DNA from: the human T2T-CHM13v2.0 reference genome, Homo sapiens
Assembly: GCF_009914755.1 (NCBI RefSeq)
Contig: NC_060939.1
Direction: 5' to 3' (one strand)
Length of the DNA stretch: 64,000 nt
Position numbers and translations under genes: made by a program. The first letter of the stretch is position 1. Every line of letters starts with the position of its first letter. Below, piece after piece: positions 21,472 to 35,654 of the stretch. The notes beneath the pieces were generated by a model. The model was given only the letters and a program-made list of their open reading frames with translations. It had not been told where the DNA came from and ran no database searches.

Positions 21472-21929
21472 TGTGAGAAAACATTTCAAGTGGTCAGTTT
21501 TCAAGGCATGATAAATCTAAGTACTGGCAGCCAGCCTGAAAATGTAACAAACCACAGGGCTCATGCATCTAGAAGGTCACAATAAACAAACAGAATGTAG
21601 AAGAGGGGTCAGCTCATAAAAGGGAAAAAAGTTTCATTATTGGGAAATCTAAACTTAAGTGGGGAAGGGGATGGGGTATAATCTTATAAGGGGGATAAGA
21701 AAACGTAGGCAATATCCGGGAAGATTGTAACCCCATAGTACTCAACCAATGAGGAACTGGGGGAGGGACTTCTGTGCTAAGGGATAAATTACCTGCTGTG
21801 ACTGTCCCAGGCGTGCCTGCCTGCAAGACACCTGATCTTGCAAGACCACTATTAGAAGTCTCACTTTAACTGTTCTTCATGCCTCTAAGTCCATTCTTTG
21901 GGTTTGGACAGGTGAGCATGTTTCTCACA
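21472..21929 (+). mobile_element. 5' LTR of class I ERV (probably LTR71/HERVP71A, HERV-IP/ADP group)
   Basis: 458 bp with perfect terminal inverted repeat TGTGAGAAA...TTTCTCACA; CCAAT at 21746; GATAAAT TATA-like box at ~21783; followed by PBS. Family name is recalled, not searched. Confidence 0.85.
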
Positions 21930-21932
21930 ACC

Positions 21933-21950
21933 TGGGGGCCTGTCTGGGAT
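21933..21950 (+). promoter_or_regulatory. Primer-binding site, tRNA-Pro
   Basis: TGGGGGCCTGTCTGGGAT vs tRNA-Pro complement TGGGGGCTCGTCCGGGAT: 15/18, with two mismatches explicable by CpG decay. Confidence 0.85.
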
Positions 21951-22385
21951 CTCTGTGCCTGCATGGAGTGGGACTCTGGCCAAGAGGGGAGACATGTCCT
22001 ACTCAATTTAGGTGGCCTGCTCTGTCGGGCATCCCGGCTCCCCACAGAAGCCATAGACAAACCCAAGACTTATTCAGGAGACAGTTGAGATGACACAGGG
22101 AGAAAAGCGGGCATCGTGGCAACCAGGCAACCTTGTGTGTGAGCCAAGGTGGAAAATTGGACTGTAAGTACTGCCTTGGTGGTTGGGCATTTTCGGCGGT
22201 TGAGTGTGTGTGTGACTGAGACGTATCTTAGATACAAAGTGAGTGCGGAGTCCTAATCCGTGGTTCTGTTCTCCCGAGAGGGAAATGGCTGGACACAGAT
22301 GAAGCGATTCTCGGGGTGTGCAAGAAACCTCCAGTAAAGGGGGGTTGAGTACACAGGGAAACTCAGACACAGAGACTGACTGAAA

Positions 22386-23580
22386 ATGGGAAACAGGAAT
22401 TCTAGGCCTAGGGGACAAAGGAAAGAGGGAGCCAAAGAGACTCCTCTGACATTCCCCCAGATAGTCCTTTGGGGAGAATGTGGCAGGTTTGGAGGGACAA
22501 CCCTCGAACCAGGGACAAGGAAAAGCAAAAGATAATAAAGCATTGCTGTTTTATCTGGCCCAAAGACCCCATTTGTAAGCCTTCAGGGTTTTGGCCCAAG
22601 TTTGGCTCAGATGAGGATTGGGTGTGCCAAGTTTTAATTCTCTATGTGAATGATAAAACCCCACCCTCACAAGAAGAGATGTTATGCTCTCTGCTGGATC
22701 AAGGAATTAGCCCCCATGTTTCCCTTCAAAGAAGAAGAAAAAGAGCCTAGTAAAAAGCCCTCACCCAGGGAAAAGCCCTGGGACCCCCTGTCATACATGC
22801 CCCCTCCATATGTCTCACAAAATAGGGGACAGGAAGATCAAGGGGCAGCAGGAGGGTTAGAGGAAGAAAGACCTGGAGACCATGGGGAAGCTGAACCAAC
22901 TGCTCCTTTAAATCCTTATCCAAATTTGAAAAAAGAATTAGAACAGTGTAAGAGGGATATTGAAAACTTCCCTATCCCTTTCAGACAGCAGGCATCTAGC
23001 ATGTTCCCTTTTAGGGAAGTTCTCGTGGGACAGGGAGAGATTGGCTTTGTAAATGCTCCTCTTACAAGTACTAATGTTAGGAATTTCAAGAAGGAAATGA
23101 AACCACTCCTAGAAGATCCCCTCGGTTTAGCAGACCAACTGGACAAATTCATAGGACCCAGCTTTTACACCTGGGCTGAAATGATGTCTATCTTAAATAT
23201 CCTGTTCATAGGAGAAGAAAAGGGAATGATTAGGAGAGTGGCCATGACTATCTGGAAGAGGCAACACCCTCCCAGGCAAGAAGTCTTGACAGTCGAACAA
23301 AAAACTTCCAAATGTCAATCCCAAATGGGATAATAATGATCCCAGGGACCAGGCCCAAATGCAGGACCTCAGAGAACTGATAGTTAAAGGGGTCAAGGAG
23401 CCCACTCCTAGGACACAAAATGTCTCAAAGGCATTCGAGATTCAACAAGAAAAAGAAAACTCCCTCTGCATTCCTGCAGAGGCCAGAGATCAGATGGAAA
23501 AAAAAAAACTCCAGATTAAGTTCAGAGAACCCAGTAAGGCAAAGCCTTTTAAAAGTTAACTTTGTAACTAAGAGCTGGCC
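22386..23580 (+). pseudogene. ERV gag (frameshifted, 3'-truncated)
   Basis: MG start (MGNRNSRP), HERV-I-like MA (DIPPDSPLGRM...KHCCFIW...WPKFGSDEDWVCQ), PPPY, CA segments (PLLEDPLGLADQLD); frameshifts near 22445, 22680 and 23300. Confidence 0.9.
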
Positions 23581-23680
23581 TTGTGGGCCAGGAAGTGCAG
23601 CTGCAGGTTGGGGGGTGGCAGGTGTCGCAGAGCAGGAGCAGACAGCTGAAATAAAGGTAGACAGTGTGAGAGAGCTAGTG

Positions 23681-25510
23681 TGAGTAAACCCCTGATGAAA
23701 GAACTAATGTCTATAGTACACAAAGGGAGTCACTGGGGACCCCAGGCTCTGTGTAATGCAATACTTAGTGAGGCAGCCTTGTTGGCTGGGGTGGATGCCA
23801 GGATTCTTGGTCTTGCAGCTGGGGAGATTGGGGTTGCACAGGTGGAGTGGGTTTGGAGTAGGAATTTCGTGGCCGTGGGAGGGACCAGCTCTGCATTGAA
23901 GGGGGGGTCCTGAGCCGGTTGCCAAGTTGCAATAAAAATGTCAGAGTTTTCATAAATGGGCTAGTGAGGAGGGGGCTAGTGAGGAGGGGATGTCTTATCC
24001 TCCTAGGGCCCAATGATTTGGTTGTGACCAGATGTGCTATCTGTTTAGAGCAGAGTTTCTATCAGCCTTTACCTAATTGTGTCACTTATCTGGGAGGGAG
24101 AGTATCTGTGTCTGTTCCAGGTATCTTGCAGCTTCAGGCACCCACCCCCACACCCCAGTCCACTTTTAGCTTCCCTATCTTAGTGTGCCTAAAGGGAAAG
24201 GAATGTGCTTATTAAGGCCCACTGTTTTTACTGGGGCCCATTGTATGAGAGTGAAGTTTGGTGATTACCCAGGAGACTTCCCCCGAATCTCGATCCCCCC
24301 CAACCCCCCTCCTTCTGTGCTTGAGCTCTTTATCTGTGATTTACAGGCTGAGCTTTCAGGCGCCATTTGTTAGAAGAGAAGTAATTTCTTTGAACTGCAT
24401 GAGGTTAGAAAGGGAGCTATTTCTGAGCTGCTTTTTAATAGAAGGAAAGTTTTCTGCCAGGGACTCACTTTACCTTGTCTACCTAAATTTCTTTCTGCCT
24501 CCTATAACATTAGGAATTATGGGTGTATAGGGACTTATACCCTCACTAAACAAGTATGTGGAAATTGTGTAACTTGTCAAAGGATAAACCAAAAGGTAAT
24601 TAGAAAACAGGCCACAGGAGGAAGACCTCCTGGACTAAGACCATTTCAAAGCATTCAAGTATATTTTACAAAAATGCTCAAAGTAGAAAGACGAAAGTAT
24701 TTACTGGTGATCGTAGATCACCTTTCCAGCTGGGTGGAAGCCTTTTGCCTCCCAACAGCCACCACCAGGTATATGGTCAAAATTATATTAGAACAGATTG
24801 CACCTAGCTTTGGCCTGGTGAAAAATATTGATTCAGACAATGAGAGCCACTTTACCTCAAAGGTGTTAAGGGGAATTATGGAAGGTTTACAAATTAGATG
24901 GGATTATCACACCCCTTGGCATCCCCCTTCCTCTAGAAAGGTAGAAAGAATGAATCAAACTCTCAAAAAGCATTTCACCAAACTAATCTTAGAAACTAAA
25001 ATGCTTGGACCAAATGTCTCCCAATAGCACTCTGCAGGATTAGGACAGCTCCAATAAAAGACTTGGGATTGTTCCCTTACAAGTTATTATATGGGCTCCT
25101 GTATTTAGGCAGAGCTACAGATCTCCCTACTATGGAAACCAAGGATCAATTCTTAAGAAATTATATACTGGCCATATCCTCCACCCTGTCATCCCTTAGG
25201 TTAAAAAGACTTCTAACTCAAACTCCACCTCTTAAGTTTGTGGTTCACCACTTCCAGCCTGGTGACTTCATGCTGATTAAGACTTGGAAATAAGACAAGC
25301 TCCACCCAAGCTGGGAAGGTCCCTATCAAGTGCTCCTGACCACTGAGATGGCCCTGCAAACAGCTGAATGGAGGTGGACTCACTATATTCGAGTCAAGGG
25401 ACTGGTAAAAGAGATCCCGGAAGGGAGGGAAAAAGATCAGTGGAAAGTGCCCGAGTCTAACTTTAACTCTTAACTTTAAGGAACCCTTAAAGTGAACTCT
25501 AAGAAAAATC
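23681..25510 (+). pseudogene. ERV pol, integrase portion only, interrupted by a solo LTR
   Basis: Zn-finger HH (VHKGSHWG) before the insert and CxxC after it; core QVYFT (first Asp lost), DSDNESHF, VERMNQTLK; C-terminal WEGPYQVLLTT; stops and frameshifts present. Confidence 0.9.
23769..24509 (-). mobile_element. Nested ERV1 solo LTR (MER61/LTR9/LTR25-like)
   Basis: TG...CA ends; 4-bp TSD TTAG at 23765-23768 and 24510-24513; removing it restores the IN frame NAILRNYGCIG. Confidence 0.85.
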
Positions 25511-25522
25511 TAAAAAGAAAAC

Positions 25523-25948
25523 ATGAGCTGGCCCCATTTCTGGAAATTAACATGGCTGGGATGGGCTAATATACAAAGAGCAGAAGGTCAAAATGGAAAC
25601 TGGCAGCAGACTCTTCTCTACCCAGTCAGGTTGGTGATTAATGTGACCAAGACAGTAGCACCCCAGACTATAAGATTTAATGCCTGCCAGGTTTTACCTT
25701 GTGGAAATTTAAAAAATCAGAGACAGATCTCACAGGCAGATAAATATCTTTGCCCTAAACCAAATACAGGTTACAGTAGGGCATCACCCTACCCCAGCTG
25801 GGATAATATATGGTGGACTACCCAATTTCAGGGCTGGACAGTAAACATGGGGTGGGTAACTCCAAGCTGGAGACCCCTAAAGAATAAACTACATCTGTCC
25901 AAGAGCTCCCTGCCAAATAACTGCCAGAATTTTTTTCTTTTTTTTTGA
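25523..25948 (+). pseudogene. ERV env 5' part (leader plus SU N-terminus), open 141 codons, truncated by AluY
   Basis: ATG just after integrase; INVT, FNACQVLPCGNL, KYLC and WWTT-GW motifs; frame runs into the Alu T tail and stops. Confidence 0.8.
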
Positions 25949-26227
25949 GACAGAGTCTCCCTTTGTCGCCCAGGCTGGAGTGCAGTGGCTGATCTCGGCT
26001 CACTGCAAGCTCTGCCCCTCAGGTTCATGCCATTCTCCTGCCTCAGCCTCCTGAGTAGCTGGGACTACAGGCGTCTGCCACCATGCCCGGCTAATTTTTT
26101 GTATTTTTTAGTAGAGATGGGGTTTCACCGTGTTAGCCAGGATGGGCTAGATCTCCTGAACTCATGATCCGCCCGCCTCAGCCTCCCAAAGTGCTGGGAT
26201 TACAGGTGTGAGCTGCTGTGCCCGGCC
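25930..26227 (-). mobile_element. AluY terminating the provirus
   Basis: AluY diagnostics (caagctc, ccgtgttagccaggatgg); no TSD. Confidence 0.9.
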
Positions 26228-26339
26228 CCAAAGCACACTCTCTTGACACTGCATCCTCTCGCTCAGCCTGGGGAGGATGGAGTGGTGTAGCAGTCGAGGG
26301 CTTTGCATAACCAGATCAACAAGGATGCCTCATTTACAG

Positions 26340-27280
26340 GTCCACTCAGTCCATCTTTACTGTATGTATATGTGCTCTGTGCTAGGCACTGTGCCCAGTG
26401 CTGCGGACACAGTGGGGAAAAGAATCCACATGCTCCCTGCCCTCAGGGTCCTTTCTGAGATAGCTGCCCACAGGTAAGGAAGAGTAGACACCCTGATAAG
26501 CACCATGGAGGAAAAGTACGGGGTACTGAGAGGGGATAACCTTGGAGCCTAATTTAGGCAAGGGCAGGGGTTTTCAGGAAAGACTTCCTGGAGGAGGTAA
26601 GTGGAAGCAAGATGAGTGACCAGGAGTTCGCCAGGGGAAGATGAACCAGGGCATTTCAGACCCAGGCTATTACATGTGCAAATGTGGGAAGGGGAAGAGC
26701 TGGCTGGGGCACATAAAAGTTTTGTGAGTGGGGCAGAGTGCAGTGGGTGAAGGAGGGCAGATTGAGTAGGGGCCCAGTGAGGCAGGGACTGGGTGGGGAT
26801 CATGGAGAGGCTCTGGGAAGCCAAGGTGGTACTTGGGAAACAAGAACTCCCTCTTTTTCCCATCAGGTAAATGATAACCACACACTGCATGTAGCCTCCT
26901 TAGCTAATAGCTTGGGCTGCATTAATAGTGGTATAGCATGCAGGTCAAAGGAGGTGATTTTTCCTCCTTCTGGCTCAGACTGCATCTGAAGGATTGTGGT
27001 CCTTTTGGGGCCCCTGCTGCCCAACATCTGCAGGAGAAGAGCCAGCATGCTGAAGGCTTTGCAAAAGCCAGGCTGGATGAGCAGGGAAGAGCAGCCTCAG
27101 GGGACAAGAGTCTATCCTAGAACTCTGAGAAATGACCTGGAGGCAAAGTTCAGCCCCAGAGAAGGAAAATGTCCTGGCACCTAGAGCTTATGGAAATGGA
27201 GGGAGTGACTGAGGGAGTGAGCCTCCTGCTCTGGGGAAGTTTGAGGAGACACTGGAGGACTAGAGGTGTGAAGAGGGCCC
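26340..27280. mobile_element. Ancient LINE fragments: L2-like (~26340-26730) and CR1/L3-like (~26880-27280)
   Basis: L2-type gtgctaggcactgtgc...ccctgccctcagg; CR1-type ttgggctgcattaatag...aggaggtgat. Confidence 0.55.
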
Positions 27281-30200
27281 CTGCTTAGCTTCATGGGTGG
27301 CCTAGAATCAGTCCTTGCCATTGCTCGAGCATCTACTGTGTGCTCCCTCCCTTCCACCTTCGTGCTGGAGACTCACCACACATGTCCCCCAAACACAGGA
27401 TTTTGGACCTCACAAATGGTGGGGCTGACCCAGGCTAGTCTGGGGCGGACTCAGGTCTTTTTTCTGCTCAGACTGCTTTGGGGGAAACCAGGGATTGGGA
27501 ATAGTGGTGGTCTCAGGCCCATGGGCTGGCTGCTGCTAGTCACCCTCTGAAGTTATCTCCCGGGGCCTGCCTTTCAGAGTCCTGAGTGTGTTCTGGTGCT
27601 CTGAACCCTCCAACTGTCAGCCATACCGTCCTCACCTATTCGAAACTTGAGAAGTCAACACATCCCTCTTCCACTTCCCCTTCAACTGTGTGCAGACTGG
27701 GACTTCCCAGTCGTCTCTGGGTGTTCCCCAAACAGAAGGCTGCCCTGGCTCTCATACCCCAGACCTCTCACTCTTGGCTGCCTCTGTCTCTGATGTTATG
27801 TTAGTCCCCAGGCCCTCACCTTCTTTCTTGGTAATGGCTCCAACTCATTCCCATGGCTCTTTCCCACTGCCATCACCGGGCCTCCAGAGCTGGCTTCCCT
27901 GGAGGTCCTGCCACCTACCTTCCACTCCCCGCTTGGCCTGTCTACTCTCTGCTGAGTTCTGAGACCAGGGCCAGTTACAGTTTTTTAAAAAAATTGAAGT
28001 ATAACACATATGGTAAAGTGCACACATCTTAAGTGTACAGCGTGATGGATTTTTTTTTCTTTTTGAGACAGGGTCTGTCTCTGTCACCCAGGCTGGAGTG
28101 TAGTGGTGCAATCACTGCTCGCTGCAACCCAGCCTTGACCTCCTGGGCTCAGGTGATCTTCCCATCTCAGCCTCCTGAGTAGCTAGGATACAAGATTGTG
28201 CCGCCATGCCCAGTTAATTTTTGTAGAGATGGGGTTTTGTCATGTTACCTGGGCTGGTCTCGAACTTCTGGGCTCAAGAGATCTGCCCACCTCAGCCTCC
28301 CAAAGTGCTGGAGTTACAGGTGAGAGCCACCACACCTGGCTGGCCTGCATGATGGATTTTTAGAGGTGCACACACCTGTGAACCACCACCCAGATCAAGC
28401 TCGAGAACTTTTTCAGGCCCATTCTCCCAAAAAGCTCTGTCCTCTAGGCTCCCACAGCTTTACTGTGGGATACTTGGCAGATAATTGCCTTACATTCCAA
28501 CTAGCTAGAGGGCCGGGACCCCTCCTGTTTGCTGTTTTTGTTTCACCCTGCCAACCTAGCATGGTGCAGTGCTCGTAGGAAGTGCCCCTGAGGCCCATTA
28601 GATGGAGGGGTTTAGAGTTCATTCACAGTGTTCCAGAATCTGTGCCCAGTTGTCCCTCAGAAATGTGGGAGAGGTGACAGAGATGGAGGATGAGGTCACC
28701 AGAGCGCACAGGATCCCTGAGCACCCAGTGTGCTGGTTCTGCTCAGGTGACCTGCCACCCCAGGGATGATATGCACAGGGCTGGAGGCAGACATTCTCAG
28801 CAGAGGGCTCAGGAGTGTGGAACTCCTTGTATGGACGCCCTGCCCAGTGGACACAGGCTGCAGCATAGCTCTGCCCAAACTCCCATCCCAGACCCAGAGA
28901 CACCTGTCTTGAGTGCCCACCATGGCAGGCTCAGAGATCTGAAGGAATAGGGCCAGGCTGTGCTTAGGGGAGCCTTTGAAGTCAGGCGCCTGGTGCAGAA
29001 TGCTCTGGGAGAGGTCAGAATGCATAGCTTCTCACCTGGAGGGTAAGACCTCCTTGGCTGGCTTCCCCCTTTCCCTGGAACCTGTCCCTTCCCTCTCCTT
29101 GGTGCAGGGCCCAGCTAGGGAGATGATACCACCAAAGGAACAGAGTCTCAGCCTAGACTTGAGCAGCAAGATGGGGATGGCAGGTGGCTGGAGGTGGGTG
29201 GGAAAGCAGGGCAGCATGGGTGTATGGTGCATAAAGTCCAACAGCTGTCTTGGAGAGCTAGGTCTCCAGGCTGCCAGAAGACTAGAAGATGCTTCCTCTG
29301 CTCTAAGGCACAACCCTCCAAATCTTTGAGGGGGAGAGAAAGAGCCCTTTTCTGGGGTCCAGATCCCAGTTGTCACTGGGAGGGTTTCCCTTGGGTGGAC
29401 TCTTGAGTCCTGGAGACCATATTGTTCCTGTCTCCTCTTTGACTGTAGTAAATACGGGTCTCACACCAGGCTTGGGGCTGCTAGGTAAATCTTTGTTTTT
29501 ACATCACATCTGCTATTTCGGTGATCGATGCAGGCCTTGGATCCCAGACACCAACATATGTCTTCTTAACCACTTGCTTAAGGCAGCATGGTGGCAAAGT
29601 CTTATTATCAGAGATGGTCTGTCCCTCCATGATTGGTAGAGGCATGGCCTTGAGCATATGAGGTCAAAGAGGGAGGGAAAGAGAAGGAAGAGAAATGAAC
29701 ATCAATGGTCAATGCAGGTGGTAAGTACCTTAGATGAACTGAAGTACCTTAGTTCAACTTCTGAAAGGGGAAGCCTGAAAAGTTAACATTTCTGGAGTGT
29801 CTATTCTTTGACAAGCGCTTGCTTGCTCTTGTGTGATCCACAGGATGTCTTACTATCTTCATTTTACTGAGAAGGAAATTGATGCTCAGGGGAGTTATCC
29901 AATCAGAATAAAAAAGCAGGCAGATATGGAGCTGGATTTTGAGCCAGGTGTATCCAACTCCAAGGCTGGCTCCTTCTCCTCCATGGAATGTACTCTCTAG
30001 GGGCCATAAGCATGCTTTCTTGGTGAGATGTCCTGTCCCACACCAAGGAGCCCCTCTCCAGAGACTTTTTTTGAGATGGGGTCTGGCTATGTTGCCCAGG
30101 CTTGTCTTGAACTCCTGGCCTCAAGTGATCCTCCCACCTTAGCCTCCTGAGTAGCTGTGATTATAAGCACGAACCGTCATGCTCAGCTTCTCTAAAGATT

Positions 30201-30894
30201 TGAGGGAAGCTTCCAACATGTAAGAGAGAGGCCAAAACAGCAGAACAAATGGAACTCAGAGGAAACAAAGATGATGCAAAGAGCAGAAGAAAATGTTGAA
30301 GAAACTGCAATTGATCATCTCAGAGAGATTGGAAGATATATTGCATCCACAAAACAGGAACTGGATGCCATAGAAGGGGGAGCAATCAGAGAACAAGAAT
30401 TTAAAATGTGAGAGAGTGGTAGAAAGATAAAATCAAGGAAATCTTTCAGAAAGTTACACAGAAAGACTCAGAGATGAACAACAGGATACAAAAAATAAGA
30501 AAATTAGATCAATCTGAGATTCAACATCTGACTGATTCAACTTCCTGAAAAAGAGGACAGAGATAATAGGGGATAAAGAGTTAAAAACACAATAAACGTT
30601 TTCGGAAACGACAGAAGTGCTTAATTGAGAGTCTAGTGAGTGCCTAGCAAAATGAATGTATATAAAACAAAGCAAAATCTCTCACCAAGGCTCATCATTG
30701 TGAAATCTTAGAACACTAGGATTAAAGAGAAGATTTTAGGAAGAGGACATTTGGAATGCTGTCAGGAGGAGCTCTGCAGACAAAACAACCATAACTGATG
30801 AAAAATAATTTTAAAAACAACCATTCACATTCTCTGGAATTTTTCTTAAGGCCATATGGCAGATAAACATTTATTGGCCAGATGCAGTGGCTCA

Positions 30895-31113
<219 letters not shown>

Positions 31114-31526
31114 CTACACTCCAGCCTGCGCAACAGAGCAAAGGGGCTTGAATTTAATTTGATCAGACTGTGGAGAAATTTATGCCCAAGTGATTATAAA
31201 ACAATAGAGGAACCAGTCAGCAGTTAGTAGAGGCTAACAGTTGTGTGATACTAATATACAGGTTAACAGAAAGCTCAAGAACAGACACAAAGAAAGCCAT
31301 CTTAAAGCCATTGTCATTCCAGGGTGACAGTACACACGCACAAGGCTGTGGCTTCTTAGGCATGACGTCAGAAACTGCACACAGCCGGGAAATAAACTTC
31401 CCTAAAATAGTCCAGCCAGGCCACTAAATAAATAAGCAAACAACAAAAACAAGAAGCTGTGTGCATGTGGCAGAGGGGTAGTGGTTAGTATCCAGAGTTG
31501 CTACAATTTATTATCTGAAACATTAA

Positions 31527-31691
<165 letters not shown>

Positions 31692-31725
31692 TAATTTTTG
31701 TATTTTTAGCAGAGATGAGGTTTCA

Positions 31726-32511
<786 letters not shown>

Positions 32512-32600
32512 TCATCTCTACAGAAAATTTTAAAATTGGCTGGGCACGGTGGCTCATGCCTGTAATCCCAGCACTTTGGGAGGCTGAGGTGGGCGGATCA

Positions 32601-33082
<482 letters not shown>

Positions 33083-33262
33083 TTAAGACCAGCTTGCCTA
33101 ACATGGCAAAAACCTATCTCTACTAAAAATATAAAAATTATGTGTGCACACAGTGGCTCATGCCTGTAATCCCAGCACTTTGGGATACCAAGGCAGGCAG
33201 ATCATTTAAGGTCAGAAGTTCGAGACCAGCCTGGCAAACATGGTGAAACCCCATTTCTACTA

Positions 33263-33466
<204 letters not shown>

Positions 33467-34099
33467 TCATCAAATATATTGAGCATATCAACAAAGAAAT
33501 AGAAATTGTATAAGAAAAAGTAAAATGGAAACTCCAAAGTTGGAAATTACAATAACTGAAATGAAAAATCCAGTAGAGGAGTTCAGTAATCAATTTGAAC
33601 TGGCAAAAGCAAGAATCAGTGAACTTAAAGATAGATTGATAGAGAATATGCAACCTGAAGAATGAGGAGAAAAAGGAATGAAGAAAAATGAACAAAGCCT
33701 TAGAGAAATGTGGGCTATCATGAAGTACACCAAAATAGATATAATAGGAGTATCAGAAAGAGGAGAAAAAGAAAAGAAGACAACATATATTTGAAGATGC
33801 AATGGCTGAAAATTTCTCAAAAATGATGAAAACCACTCAGTTACACATCTAAGAATCTTAAGGAACTCCAAGTAGTAGAGAGCCACACTCAGATACACTC
33901 TATTAAAACTCTGGAAAGCTAAGGACAAAGAGAATACACTGAAAACAAGAGAAAAATGATTTGTCATGTCCAAGGGAATCCCAATAACAATAACAGCCAC
34001 CTTCTCATCAGAAAAAATGGAGGGAAGAAGGCAGTGGGATTACACATTCAAACTGCTGAAAATAACCTGTCAACCAACAGTCTTTTCCAGCAAAACTAG

Positions 34100-34974
34100 T
34101 GTTATGGGATATTTGGGGTTTCGATTTTATGGCCAGAAACCTGTGGCTGGTGGCACCTTTGCTCAAGTTCTCGTCCTGTGTCCAGGAAGAATGAGGAATG
34201 CAGACAAGTGAAGGGTGAACAAGTCAAAGAGGAGCTTTATTAAGTGTCAGAACAGCTCAAAGGAGACCCACAGTGGGTAGCTCCTCTCTGTAGGCAGGTC
34301 GTCCTGTTGAGTGTTCAACTCTCAGCAGAGAGGAGGCCCTGGAGAGGGTGGTTCCCCTCTGCAGGCAGGTCACTCTGATGTCTGCTTCTCTCAGCAGAGA
34401 GGAGGCCCTGGAGAAGGTAGCTTGTCTCTGCAGCTGGTCATCCCATTGTCTATTCAGCTCTGGCTGAGCCTGGGGCTTTTATGGGCCTCAGAGGGGAGGA
34501 AGTGTGCAATGATTGGTCCATGGGCAGCCATGGTGGCCTGGAAAAGGCACCAGTTCTTACTCCAGCTGTGGGATTGGCAGCCTGGTCCCCAGCCTTCAGG
34601 CCTTCCCTGACCTGAAGGTGGGGCCTCACCGGGGACCTGTTTTCTTCTGCCCAGGAATTGGTCCACTTCCTGCTGCTGTTCATGGTGTCGGGGCTTGGTC
34701 CCAACATTGCTCCAAGATTGGAGTGGGTGCCAACAGCAGGGAGAAGCCAGGCAGTGGGAGCAGGCACTTCTGACCCTGAAAAGCAAGGGGTGCCTTTCTA
34801 GTCCCTCAAGAATGCAGGGATGCCTGAGTCTTCAGTCTGGTTTGGATGGCTGCAGCCGTGCCCAGGAAGGCAGGGCTCCTGCCTGCTCTGTGGAGCCAGA
34901 GGTGAGGACGATGCCTCCCTGCTGCAGCTGGTGTCTTGGCAATGGCCACTCTAGATGGGTCACTGTTGCCATTA
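34100..34974 (-). mobile_element. MER52-type ERV1 solo LTR inserted in L1 ORF1
   Basis: Reverse complement starts TAATGGCAACAGTGACCCATCTAGAGTGGCC (MER52-like); 4-bp TSD CTAG at 34096-34099 and 34975-34978; L1 ORF1 continues across it. Confidence 0.85.
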
Positions 34975-35654
34975 CTAGATTCCAAAAAGAAAAATGAAAT
35001 ATAGACATTTCCAGATAAGCAAAAATAAACATAATTGGTTGCTACCAGACCTACCTTACAAGATATAATAAAGGAAGGTCTTCAGAATTTAAGTAAGTGA
35101 CCCCCAACAGTACTCAAAAACCATATGAAAAAACAGAGTGCTGGTAATTAAGTATAAAAGACAGTATAAATACATATTTCTTCTTCTTTCTGTTAACTAA
35201 TTGTAAAAAGCAATTGTATAAAACAATGTCAATTATCATTGGGTTTATAGCATATAGAAATGTGATATAGTCAATAACAGCAGCACATAGTAGGTGTTCA
35301 AAAGCTGGGACCTGCCGTGTTGTTGTTGTTATTATTGACTGGCCTGTTTAGGGGCACAAAAGTGGATTATAGGAACTCCAGAAAGGGATGCTTGATTTCA
35401 ATACTCAGAAAAATTTTAAAGGAATGTTAAAATGCATATAGAAGCATTTTGAAAATATTGACTATTTACTTCTGTATCCAGAAACATGCAGACTAATTGA
35501 GTAGAGAAATCCCTTCCTAAAAATGCTGAATAAAACATCAAATATGTCTGTGTGAAAGCACAGATGAACGGATGTTAAATAGGGAACCAGTCAGAAGCCA
35601 GAATAACAAGAGCATGACCCCATCAGGGTGAGCCTGCACCAGGGCCTGTGCTTC

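Noticed and set aside
34319-34440. ~67-bp direct repeat ctctcagcagagaggaggccctggaga
   Set aside because: Internal repeats are typical of MER52-type LTRs; not CRISPR-like.
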